Below the pieces are notes generated by a model. It saw only the letters and a program-made list of their open reading frames with translations, was not told the DNA's origin and ran no database searches. The position numbers were made by a program, and so were the translations under genes. From positions 130,014,001 to 130,078,000 of the forward strand of contig OX597815.1 in assembly GCA_951406725.2 (NCBI GenBank): a stretch of 64,000 nt of DNA, written 5' to 3'. Positions 14,301 through 26,174 of the stretch are shown here, piece after piece. How positions within the stretch are numbered: position 1 is the first letter of the stretch; every line of letters starts with the position of its first letter. This stretch comes from Octopus vulgaris. Its lineage: Eukaryota.

Positions 14301-14859
14301 TGGGAAGAAGGTTAATGTTGGATTTTTTAATAAAGTAACAGTTACTAACCTTCTTCCTATATGCTACAAATGTTGCTTGCTGGCGTAGTTGCTTCGCAGT
14401 AAAATGATTTAATTCTGGATGCAGATCGTCACAATATCATATCAATCGATTCATATAGCCAACAGCGGGGTTTTGTTTCGCTTTTTGTAGCAATTAAATA
14501 GACCAGTATTCAATTCATAACTCCAAGAAAAAATGCGTTTTGTAATTACGGTTTCTTCTATACCTACAACTAAAAAGAATTTGTTTACCTGTTGAGCTGT
14601 TGTTTTCGTTCTGTTCCTCGGTTGTGTTGTTGTTGATGTGTCCAGCCATGTTATTTGTAGTAACTCTCTGTATGCTAAATTCAATTTTCAGTCGAAAATC
14701 ACTACTATCGTGAATAAAAGGCTCCCTCAGTTAATTCATCTGAAGAGTAACCAGTTATTTAACAAGGCTGATAGTTGTGGTTCCAAAGCTGGAGATAGTA
14801 TTCATCGTATTTTCGATAAAATGTCTCCCACGCCAAATACGCGACTTGTCGCTGCGAGT
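11327..14859 (-). mobile_element. Second, degraded R4/Dong-like RLE LINE family, interrupted by a SINE
   Basis: Minus-strand fragments: GIFQGDSLS (about 13735), DDLKLYAK (ORF 13192-13608), FAIQEQEISTKYL...RLCG...HIISSC (12577-12861), VEISFPAD...RFIPVIIGALG (11641-11935). Bounded by (TATG)n at both ends. Confidence 0.85.
11938..12362 (+). mobile_element. SINE family A, full length, inserted in the RLE coding region of the LINE
   Basis: Full head-to-(GAGTAAAA)n tail. Removing it rejoins the LINE peptide EKLCTV|VEISFP on the minus strand. Confidence 0.92.
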
Positions 14860-14999
14860 TATGTATGTATGTATGTATGTATGTATGTATGTATGTATGT
14901 ATGTATGTATGTATGTATGTATGTATGTATGTATGTATGTATGTATGCATGTATGTATGTATGTATGTATGTATGTATGTATGTATGTATGTATGTGTG

Positions 15000-15305
15000 C
15001 AAATTTGAATGTTTTGTTTTATTTATGTATTCTCATGCATATAGTTGCATGTCTAGACATGCCCATATATACTAAAATGATAAACTTCTGGAAAGTTTTA
15101 CAAATTTTTACAGTTCCACTGATGGATTGGATCCGTAGTCTTCGAATCAGCTTTCTCCGTTCTGGTTTTGAGAAGCCTAATTTCTCAAGAATGGTATTTA
15201 GGCAGTATGTTACATCTCCCAGTGTCCCAATAATTACGGGTATAAACCTGAACTTGTAATCTAGCTAGAATAACTGTAGATTTCTCAATAGATAAGCGTA
15301 GGTAT
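15000..15305 (-). mobile_element. 3' fragment of the same (CATA)n-associated LINE family
   Basis: Highly similar to 11580-11875 (ttctcatgcatatagttgca...gagaagcctaatttctcaaga...aaacctgaacttgtaatct). Flanked by (TATG)n on both sides. Confidence 0.85.
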
Positions 15306-16152
15306 TATGTATGTATGTATGTATGTATGTATGTATGTATGTATGTATGTATGAAAGAATATATGTATGTATAGCTATCCTAGCTATCGCCTCATCTGCT
15401 CATCATGCAGGATCATGGCTACCAAAATCAAAAGGCTTCGATTGTTACTAAAGGGAGCGCTGTACAACTCAGAGGTGAGGTCCAGTAGGTTTAATATAAG
15501 CCACGTCTATGCTGTTTTAAGATAAAAAAATCAAGCGATGGTTTGAAATCGAGTTGCAGCCATCATGTATTTATGTAAGCATGTGTTTTGAGCATTTGAA
15601 TGTGTATGCGTATGTTTAATAACGGACTTCTCTTATTCAACAGTTTTTTTCCACAGCTTGTTAATAAATCATACACATAATAAACTTAAAGTAAATATAG
15701 ATTGAACTAAAGAACTGTTTCACTCATTGCATAATCGATCAATAGTCATTAGAATTCTGGAAAGTCATTCATATTCTATGCAGATACAACATCATAATTC
15801 AACGTCAGCATAGAAAGATTTTGTCAAATAAATTGTATACATCTCTGCTGAAAAAGTGCATTGATGTGTAAAAGTAACATGGCTCTAAGAATTGAAACAG
15901 CTCTTTTATTTCTTCCTAAAAATAGGTTTTATATTCCACAGAACGTTATTTCTATCTCCATTCGTCACAGACCGATGGGTTGGAAATATTCAGAGTGCTA
16001 TACATGTTTCGTTTTGTACAAATACTACATCCGTTGACACCGAAATATATACACGTAAAATCTAGTATAATATAATACAGAGTAATATATTTTACACACG
16101 CTCAACACACCTACACCCCCACATCTTTATGTGTAGTTACATGTATGCAAGC

Positions 16153-16224
<72 letters not shown>

Positions 16225-17237
16225 ACACACACACGCATGCATACATAAATATTTAACAGTAATGATATGGCTTGCATGTTTCCAGTGATTTTATTCAATC
16301 TGTGATACAAAATTTTAAATTATTTTCTTATCCACGAACATTAGTTTCGTAGTTTAGATCCCAAACCTGATGTCCAATTTAATTAGTACCACCATCACAG
16401 TAAAGACGAGTATATTGCAAACTGAATTTTAAATCTGATTTCACCTACAGTTACACACCAGAGCGCATGATAGGCAATGATGAGCACATCGACCTTTCTG
16501 AAACCAATCTAGCCAAGACTACTTCTGGTTCTATCATACAAACTTTAGGTTTTAAAGAGAAGTAAACTAAAAATTTCCATCGAAATTCTATGTTAATTCA
16601 TGTTCCAAACAACAGGTTAATAAGGACAAAACTATTTAACTATATTCTTCATTATTTTAAAATTTAATTACAATAAAGTCAGAATATCTCAACAGAAATT
16701 TGGTAACTAAAGGGTTAAACATCAACTTCCTTGCTTTGCAGACCTGATGCCACAAACTTCTGTAACATACCAATAATTATTTTAATTGTTGTTATTGCGT
16801 AACACTTAATGTTGTAACTAGTGATTTTTGCTTGAAGTCATTCCATTTCATCCAAGCTAGCTGTGTATTCCAGAATGTATTGATGTCATGATTTCCATTC
16901 TACTCGGCTTAAACATGTGTACTTTGTTTAGTAAAAAACGAATGCCACTAAGGGCATTGTTTATTTTACTCTTTGTTGGAACATATGCAGAGGAGAGATT
17001 GTGGAGACAGATTTTTGCTTTACTTTATTTTCTGCCTCCTAAGACTGGCTATCCAACTGCCTGTTGAGAAGGTGTTAGTAATATATATGATGGACTCTCC
17101 CATCTTTTAATAACGTATGAAGGTTCGATAATTTCTTACCGAACAACCACACAGACGCAATACCAGTCTGAGAATCGAACCAACGATCTCGCAATCCTGA
17201 ATGCAGCACCTTAACCACTAAGCCACACACCTTCATG

Positions 17238-17310
<73 letters not shown>

Positions 17311-17311
<1 letters not shown>

Positions 17312-17465
17312 GGCGTGTCTGTGTGGTAAGAAGCTTGCTTCTCTACCACATGATCCTGGGTTCAGCCTACTGATTGTTACCTTGAGCAAGTGTCTTCTAC
17401 TATAATCTCGGGCCGACACATGCCTTCTGAGTGGATTTGGTAGACGGAAACTGAAAGAAGCTCGT

Positions 17466-17520
<55 letters not shown>

Positions 17521-17842
17521 GACGGGTATATTTCATTTTCCGTTTATATATATATACATATATACAACGGGTTTCTTTCAGTTTCCGTCTACCAAATCCA
17601 CTCATAAGGCTTTGCTCGGCCCGAGGTTATACATGTAACCACATGTGAATCGTTGGCAATTTTTTCTTCCGTCTTCTTTTTCTCTTGCACATTTCTCTGT
17701 CTCCTGTTTCTGAAGAAGAGCTTTGCTCGAAACGTAAAATCACCTTTGTTTCCTTCTCTGACCGTCTGCTAATACTTTTCATGTTCCAAGTCCTCGCGTT
17801 TTTGCTTTTTCTTGTTTGTTCTTCATTTTTTATTTACTATAT

Positions 17843-17907
<65 letters not shown>

Positions 17908-18070
17908 TGTGTTTGTTCCCCCGCCATCGCTTCACAACAGATGCTGGTGTGTTTATGTCCCCGTAACAAGGCTTACAAAGAATAAGTCCTGGGGTCAATT
18001 TGTCCGACTAAAGGCGGTACTCCAGCATGGCCGCAGTCAAATGGCTGCAACAAGTAAAAGAATAAAAGAA
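17311..18070 (+). mobile_element. SINE family A split at its internal microsatellite by secondary insertions
   Basis: 5' half 17311-17466, then (TA)n, an inverted SINE piece 17565-17630, a hammerhead-bearing segment 17640-17840, (TG)n, and the 3' half 17905-18070. Confidence 0.8.
17707..17740 (+). ncRNA. Minimal hammerhead ribozyme
   Basis: ttt CTGAAGA a gagc-ttt-gctc GAAAC GTA aaa. Loop-less palindromic stem III (acgt). Confidence 0.7.
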
Positions 18071-18233
18071 TATGTATGTATGTGTATATGTATGTTTGTG
18101 CATGTATGTATGTGTTTATGTATGTATGTATGGATGAATTGAAGGATGCCGCTAGAATGGACTGTCAGTAACAACAGATTTCTCCGAATACTATATTCTT
18201 TTTTCTATTCGAAAAGGGGAATTATTTTCCGAT

Positions 18234-18264
<31 letters not shown>

Positions 18265-18300
18265 GATACATAGATACATACATACATACATGCATACATG

Positions 18301-18334
<34 letters not shown>

Positions 18335-19473
18335 CGAGGGGCGTTCAATAAGTAATGCCCCTGACCCACTTCCCATAGCAGTAGAGCAACGGAACTTGGA
18401 ACAGTTATTAGTCTTTTTCTACATAGGAACCACCCAGAGTTACGCATTTCCCCCATCGTTTGATGCAGCTCTGAAGACAGTTTTTGTAGAAGACCCCAGC
18501 TTGGTCCTCCAACCACGACGTGACTTCAGAAATCAAGGCTGCATCATCTGGGAAACGCTTTCCTTTCAAAAACAACTTCATGGCTGGAAGAGGTGAAAAT
18601 CAGAGGGTGCAAGGTCAGGAGAGTAGGGGGGATGGGGGATGAGTTCATAGGCTCCTGTAATTGTGGTACCCTTTGCCAGGAAATCTGTCATCACTACTCC
18701 GTCCTGGTCCTAGAAGAATGTCAGCATGACCTTGCCAGCGGAGGGCTGCACCCTTGCCTTCTTTGGAGGAGGTGAGTCACGGTGCTTCCACTGCATTGAC
18801 TGGGCTTTGGTCTCTGGATCATAGTGATGGACCCAGGTTTTATCCTATGCAATCAGTCTTTTGAAAAATTTTGACTCATCTTCTTGGCACATCTCCAAAT
18901 TCATCCACGAGCAATCGACGCGTTCTTGCTTCTGGAAAGGTGTGAGCAGCCTGGGAATCCATCTGGCAGACACCTTTTGCATATGCAAATGGTCATGAAT
19001 GATTGGTTTCCACAGACCCGGTACTAATCTTGACCTCATGGGCTATTTGGCGAATAGTTATGCGTCGATCTTCCAAAATGGCAGTCTCAACTTGACAGAC
19101 AGATGCCTCATCAATGGCAGAAGGGGGCGACCAGATCTGGGAGCTGTTTCCACAGAGTTCCGACCATGTTTGAATTCACGATGCCAGCGTTTTACAAGGT
19201 CATATGATGGGGCATCATCACCATAAGTTACTTTCATTTCATCAAAAGTCTCCCGTGGTGTGCGTCCTTTCAAATACAAAAACCGGATCACTGCTCGACA
19301 CTCAACATGCTCCATTTCACACTTGACTCAGTTCAAACACCTGTAAATCGGAAACCACAATTAGTTCAGAGCTGTAATTTGCCACTTAATCTATACAGAT
19401 ATGAATAATTGCACATGCAAAATTTCAAACAACTGCAAGTGGGTCAGAGGCATTACTTATTGAACGCCCCTCG
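18335..19473 (-). mobile_element. Tc1/mariner (mariner-type) transposon, internally deleted and frameshifted
   Basis: TIRs cgaggggcgttcaataagtaatgcc.ctgacccactt / aagtgggtcag.ggcattacttattgaacgcccctcg with TA on both sides. Transposase MEHVECRAVIRFL..WHREFKHGR..PRSGRP, KVSARWIPRLLT, DKTWVHHYDPETK. Total 1139 bp. Confidence 0.95.
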
Positions 19474-19587
19474 TATATATTATATTCGCGTAGGCACCCT
19501 GTAGCATGCGTTTAAAGCCCGTTCACCTTATTAGGCTACCCGATGTCAGCAACAGTATGGAAGAATATGCTACTGGATTTACTTTAA

Positions 19588-19868
19588 TTAACTGTCATGC
19601 ATTATAGGTGAAGATGTGTCTTCTTGGGTGACCTTTGAAATAAGTAGCTCGTTTTCTCAGTCGTTCCGTTTTGCTTATTTCTGTAACGGCATTTTAAGTG
19701 TAGCATTCTATCCGTCGCCATAATGAACTGAGATAGAGGGAATGCTGCACTAACTAAAAATGTTTCGTTATAGAAAAAAAAAACGAAACGGCATGTAATA
19801 AAACGAGCTACTTATTTGAAAAGTCACCCGAGGAGACGCATCTGTGCCTATAATGCATGACAATTGAT
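19588..19868. mobile_element. Palindromic MITE-like element
   Basis: tgtcatgcattatagg...gggtgacctttgaaataagtagctcgtttt versus aaaacgagctacttatttgaaaagtcaccc...cctataatgcatgaca. Arms about 125 bp, short loop. Confidence 0.75.
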
Positions 19869-19966
19869 TATACAGCATCTTATCTGTAAGGTGTGGGTAT
19901 ATTACGAGTCGAGACTATCGTAGAGGATTTGAACAAAGAGTCTCATTAATTCAATTTTCCACCTCT

Positions 19967-20087
<121 letters not shown>

Positions 20088-20201
20088 AATATAAATAAAT
20101 AAAAGGATGGTATTATTAAAATACCATCACGAGTGGCAAGCGAATTATCAGCCATACAGGCAAACTAATAAAGTATATACATACAATGTAAGATATGTAG
20201 T

Positions 20202-20258
<57 letters not shown>

Positions 20259-20416
20259 GCATACATACACTAGGGCACTATATGACAACTACATCGCTAA
20301 AAATAGAAGTCAAAAGTACTTCTGTGCTCCAGAATAGTCACAAATCTACTACAGACATCGTAGGAAAAAATTCCAGTGAACATTAAAAACGTCTTACCTC
20401 TGCACAAGTAATACAG

Positions 20417-20490
20417 GTCAACTCGGTACCGGTTTCGAACTTAGCGCCAAATAGGTGCTTGTTTCTCTTCAGGCAAAGTCTGCCAGTTAA
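20417..20490 (-). ncRNA. Hammerhead ribozyme-like motif
   Basis: Minus strand: CTGAAGA gaaacaagcacc-tattt-ggcgctaagttc GAAAC-cg-GTA ccgagttgac. Upstream gttaactgg can pair as stem I. Confidence 0.65.
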
Positions 20491-20665
20491 CTACTTCTAA
20501 AAATTTCCCCCATCATATATGAATATACAATGAAAAGTAGACAGAGAAAATTCAGTGAAAGACGTGCTGAAGAATTTTCTTTGTTTTCTTCTTTTCATTG
20601 GATTATTTACTTTCCGCCAAACTATATGACGGTATAATCGTCGTAAACACACACACACACACACA

Positions 20666-20727
<62 letters not shown>

Positions 20728-20779
20728 CATATATATATATGAATAAAAAATGGAGTTAACGCAGGTGTAATCAAATATT

Positions 20780-20872
20780 TTTACTTTCGACACATGTTTC
20801 GAAAATTTCACTGATACTATTCAAAAGAATAAATGGTATAAACAATGCAATCTTCTCCTCAGGAAAGTGAAA
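20780..20872 (-). ncRNA. Type I hammerhead ribozyme at the Penelope 3' end
   Basis: Minus strand: stem I cactttc, CTGAGGA, long stem II gaagattgca..tgaaattttc, GAAAC-atgt-GTC, stem I' gaaagta. Stem III is palindromic (acatgt). Confidence 0.8.
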
Positions 20873-22294
20873 AAAACGAAACTTGTCAATAAGACATTTT
20901 AGCAAAAAATGATGGATTTGTATAGCGATAGACAGAACGCTATTAATATTGTTTAAAAAACGTTATATGATATAACGTCATAAGTAGCTAACAGAAAGAG
21001 TAAGGATATTAATAGTGAATGTTAAATATAAAGGAAATTAAATTTTAAATTATATATAATGATAGAGACTACTTATATGCACTAAATGTATGTTTTTGCC
21101 AATGCTTACATCTGTATGCTCGCTCTATAACCGTGTTTACTAGAGTAATTTTAGAAAAAATAATGAAAAATAGCTCAGAATTACAGAGAAGACAGAATTT
21201 CTTGCCTTTGTCATATGGTATCGAAATTGAGAAGATCAACCATTCTAAAAGAAATTGCTCATTGTGGTCTTTTAAATCCCAAATCAGTTTGCTGAGACCG
21301 GTACTATTCCGTTTATTTTTATCCCTAAATGTTGAGCAATGGATAGAAATTCTTTTAGATAACTCTAACGATGTGCTTCCAATGCAAAATCGTACTTTAT
21401 TACGAGTACTGATTATACACTGGTATATAGAATTTTTAATCTTAGAGTTACTTGACATAAACTTAATTCTATTGGAATTGACTTCAGATACAATAACCTT
21501 GTTATTAATATTTCTAGAGGGTTGGATGGTATTTCTAAATTAATGTTAGTATTAGTAAATGTATTAATATTTAACAATTTGTTATTATGAGAAGAAATAA
21601 TTTGCAAGAGATTTTTTGTGTTTGAAAAACCTATCCTAACCTTATGTGAATTGATTATAGAGTAATATCTAGAATTGTTTGGAAAATTCCTAGCAATAGC
21701 TTGACGAAACAGCAGTGGGAGATTAGATTTAATTTGTCTCCTGTAAGGAATTATTAACCAAATAGTTTTACTAGTATTCATAGCGTAATTACTTTTGAAG
21801 GTGTTATATTTACTTTTAGATCGATAATAGGGGATTAAATAAGGGTTATCTGCCTTCATTCGCTTTGTATCGATGCGTAAGTTATGTTTGTTATCAATAA
21901 TTCTTTTACGACTAGAAATATTATCTACATTATTGAATTTACAATTAGACTGAGCAGAATCAATGTAGAAAATTTTTTTCTGTATAACCTGCTTTGATTA
22001 AGGCAGAGTTATAGAATTCAGCGTTATTATTGAAAATATCAACATTAGCAGATAATTTAGATAATCTAAATGAAATATTCTTAACTAAGTTCTTAGTAAT
22101 TGCTCCAGGATGATTACTAAATTTGCTAATGTACTTAAGATTGGTCAGCGGTTTATGATATGGGAAGTAAGAGTCACTGTGTAAATTAAGCGTAGTATCT
22201 AAAAAGTTGGCCTTCGTCAGATCGTCATCAAAAACGATTTTTAAGTCCATTCTACTGAAAACGATATCATTTCTAAAAATAAATAACGTTAGTT

Positions 22295-22296
<2 letters not shown>
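20780..22296 (-). mobile_element. Penelope-like element, 3' part: RT thumb, GIY-YIG endonuclease and terminal repeat with hammerhead
   Basis: ANFLDTTLNL..YFPYHKP..YISKFSNHP (21960-22250). IWLIIPY..VRIGFS (21413-21859). SIYQCII..FCIGST..RISIH..CLLC..CKH (21069-21458). Hammerhead at 20780-20872. The 5' end abuts (TA)n. Confidence 0.85.
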
Positions 22297-22354
<58 letters not shown>

Positions 22355-22512
22355 ATTTCAAGGGAGGCAATACCAGGGGAAAACTAGAGGAACATGACCT
22401 ATTATCCAATAGAATATTCAATATATATGTGTACTTTCATTGGACTTAAATAAATCAATACAAAGTTCCAGATAATACATTATTAAAACATACAAGTATA
22501 TAAACATATAAA

Positions 22513-24266
22513 TCTCTCTATATATAAAACTGAGAATGTGTGTCTGTCTGTGTGTTTCCCTAAACCTTGAGAACTACACAACTAATTTCATTCAAATTTT
22601 ACACATACCTTACTTAGGGTCCGGGGAGTGTCATCGGCCAACAAAAATTTTAACTTTTTGCCTAGGGCGAGCCCACAGCAATATCATATCTTCTCCACTA
22701 TGATTCCCTAAAACTTGAGAACTACACAACCAATTTCATTCAAATTTTACACATGCCTTACTTAGGGTCCATGTAGTTTCATGGGCAAAAAATGTTCAGC
22801 GTCTTGCCTAGGGCGAGCCCATAGCAATATCATATCTTCTCCACTATTTCAGTTTTAAGTGTTAAAAGTGAAACAAAAACATCTCTCTATTTTAAGTCAG
22901 ATACTTTCACTTTAACAATAAAAATTAGAGATAATAATAACAATTGAATTATATGTAGTAAGCAATAATTAAAATCAAACTAAAGCATAATATAATAATT
23001 AAATCGTAACACAACCAAAGTAAAAATAGCAATTGGTATAAAATTGCATCAATGACTTGAAATTGAATAAGTGGTTTCACATGAATGGGAATAAATAAAA
23101 AATAAAATTAGTGTGCAGAAATGGAATAGTCCAGATGGAGCTGTGCTCATACCTTTTACCACGGCTTTTACATTAGATTATCTGCTAATTAGCTAGCATT
23201 AAGTATCTATATGAAGTTTGGCTGTATGTAATGTCTGTTTTCTCGAACAGCCGCTTCTACTGAGCACTGCTGTTGGTTTATTTCTTATACATAAAGGACT
23301 ATAGCTTCAACTGCGTACTGCTTTTTGATTCACCGTAAGGTTTGTTGTTATTATTATTACTGTTTAATTATTGTTATCACGTTTGTTGGTTCCTCGAAAG
23401 GGAAACGTTGTTGTGTTGCATTTGTTAAATAATTGTAAACAGTAACCCCTCCCTCTTTGGGAGAAGGAGCTTTGGTTATTGTTTAAAAATTGAATTGTGT
23501 CCCTGTTTGGGGAAATTGACAATATTTTCACTGGTTTATACGGAAGCACTTTTATTAAAATGCCTTCGATAGAAGAAAGTCGAAAAATAAATTTCGCTGC
23601 AGCCGTCGGCGGGCGCGAACTCATTAAAATTAAAATGGAAGAAATACAAACCTATTTCGGATTGATCACCGACAAAGACGGTGAATCTAGGCTAACACCA
23701 CCAATCGAAATAAAAAATTAAATTAAAGAAAAGACTATTGTCTATAAAGTATACAATGTAGAGAAAAAAAGATTTGAACGCCTGGAGGAAAGCACGATCG
23801 AAAAGTGTCTTGGTGTGACTATGAAAGATATCAAGTATCTAACCAGAGGCGGTAAATTCGCCACGATAGAAGCAAGGTTGGAGTCAACGGAGCGTGCAAG
23901 GGAGTACTCGACTCGAACCTTGCAAAGTGGAAATATTTGACTTTTACTTTATATCTGGGACGTAGGACGTCCCGGATAAAAATTAAAAATGTACCTCCAG
24001 AAGTAGAGGTAGGCTGGATTGTAGCCACACTTCTATACAAGAGGGAGGACAAGATACAATTGATCGAAATTGCAAGAGACGGGCCTACAATTTCAGTCTG
24101 TTATATATTTTGAGTATTGTTATCACTAGCGATATCAAGATATAACTTTGTAATTTGTATTTTATGTGTAGATATATATAGATGTACATGTAATATGTAC
24201 ACATATATATACACATATATACCTGCACTAGCACTATGACCCGGCAACGACGGGTCATAATGCTAG
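22513..24266 (+). mobile_element. Non-autonomous Helitron
   Basis: A|TCtctctatatataaaa 5' end. 3' hairpin atgacccg-gcaacga-cgggtcat (24236-24258) followed by CTAG|T. No TSD. Internal tandem duplication of about 145 bp (22555-22700 / 22705-22848). Confidence 0.85.
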
Positions 24267-24625
24267 TATTTAATATTTAAAAATACACAAATATTTAAAA
24301 ATACGTTGGCATTATATATATATATAAATACATAAATAGATATACAGATAGATATAAAAAATAGATATAAAAATAGATATAAAATAAAAACTCGTAGGTA
24401 TTTAAAAATATTCAAAAATGCTCATATATATAAATAAATACACAGGCAAAATATAAAACATCAACATAATATAAGACTTATTGAATTAATAATTCACACG
24501 ATAATTATTAAGTCACACGATAACATACAAGGTAATAAAGATTCACAAGTTACAACACGGAGTCCAGTGGAAAATTTGAAATTATACAACATTAACAGGA
24601 CATACTAATACACGAAAATAATGTT

Positions 24626-24730
24626 CCATCGACGGGCCGTTTCGGAGACGTGTCCGATATGATATAAATTTCATATTTTAATGAAACAGACACTCCCCTC
24701 ATCAGGCAGACACTCCCCTCATCAGGATGC
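24626..24730 (-). ncRNA. Hammerhead ribozyme with a 20-bp internal duplication
   Basis: Minus strand: catc CTGATGA ggggagtgtct...ggacacgtctcc GAAAC-ggccc-GTC gatg. cagacactcccctcatcagg is present twice. Confidence 0.75.
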
Positions 24731-24824
24731 TTCACAACAAGACACAATGATAGCAACATATAAAATGACAACTTACTTCGTTACATTCTAGCCAATTTCA
24801 AAAATACAGGTTATATATATATAT

Positions 24825-25702
24825 ACAAGGGTGAAGGTGCTTGGCAGCACAGATTGACCGTGGACACTGCTGTGTATGCTCACTAAGTTTTAACGTTCTA
24901 GTTCAGTTCCGCTGTTTACAACACTGTCTGGTAGGAAGGTGTGCAGCGTGTGGTCGTCACATTCATAATGACAGAGAAAGTTGAGCAGAGAATCTACATT
25001 AAATTTTGTCAAAAGCTTGATGATACCTGCTTAGAGGCTTACGCAAAGTTTTCAAAAAGTTTTCCTCGTCTCGACACAATCAAGGAGATCTTGTGCAACT
25101 GAAACCCGAGCGTCCTTTTGGTCAGATGAAAGCAGCTCTGGCACAAACTTGACGGACACGCATCTAATATCCAAATCTTCAGTGATAATAGACTGAACTG
25201 AATCGTAACTAATCTGCACAATCTCCGATAACTCAGGGATGGTGATTCGACGATTTCCCCTCACAACTGCACGCACATCTGCGATGTTTTTCTCTGTTCT
25301 GCTGGTTGAAGGTCTCCCAGAGCGTTCGTCGATATAAACATTTTTTTCAGCCATCTTAGAAACTTCTGAACCACTCGTAGACTTGTGTGCGGCTGATACA
25401 TTCCTCTCCATACACTTTCTGGACCTTTGCGTATGCCTCTCAGCAGGTAGCGCCATGACAACTTTCTCTGTGGTGGTCAATGTGACGATCACACGCTACA
25501 CACCTTCCTTCCAAGCACTGCTGCAAACAGCGGAATTAAGCTAGAAAGTTAAAACTTAATGCATATGCACAACAGATTTCAAGATCAATCTTTGTCTAGC
25601 AGTTTCACGCTGCATGCTTTAGCTTTGTTACTATGGTGACAGTCCGGATACTTATTGATCAGACCGCGTATTTAGTCCGGATACTTATTAATCAGACCTC
25701 AT
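24825..25702. mobile_element. Fold-back mariner derivative made of two inverted 5' halves
   Basis: 24840-24985 (+; leads into MTEKVEQRIYIKFCQKL) is the diverged reverse complement of 25460-25610. The minus arm encodes DERSGRPSTS..VSVKFVPELLS. The right TIR-like sequence ccggatacttatt.atcagacc is duplicated at 25644-25700. Confidence 0.75.
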
Positions 25703-25734
25703 ATTAAGACAAATATTTCAATTGTGAAATATCA

Positions 25735-26010
25735 GTAGGAGAATGTATTTCCTTCTTGTCGATGTAACAGTTCCAAAGGGTGATAATAACAGAAGCAAAG
25801 AATCTATTCAAATATCAAGACCTTTACAGTAACCAGAATAAAACTTAACGATAACCAAATTGAAAACAGAAACAATCTCCATGATACTAGGTGCCTCGGG
25901 AATAATGAAAAAGCAACAAAGAAATATATTAATACAACGATGTGGACTAATGCATAATCAAAACACCAAGATTTTCATACACGCAGCATACAGAAAATAA
26001 ACCGGTTAGA
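25735..26010 (+). mobile_element. Old degraded Dong-like RLE/3' fragment
   Basis: Translatable pieces LVDVTVP, LFKYQDL and LKTETISMILGASGIMKK parallel 31050-31230. Confidence 0.55.
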
Positions 26011-26174
26011 AACTGCTTACATATTACCTGGAGTACTTTCAATATTATAGAAATGCACAAAACAAAACATAATTACTGCACGTAAGCAAGCTACACAAAG
26101 TACGGCCGATTGCATAATAAAAACACGCGTAAACAATAAGATTACTATTGCAACGACAGCTAAAATAATAAGAG

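Noticed and set aside
16420-16718. piggyBac-like right end aaagggTTAA, and a hAT-like end near 37740-37800
   Set aside because: No matching opposite terminus could be found for either.
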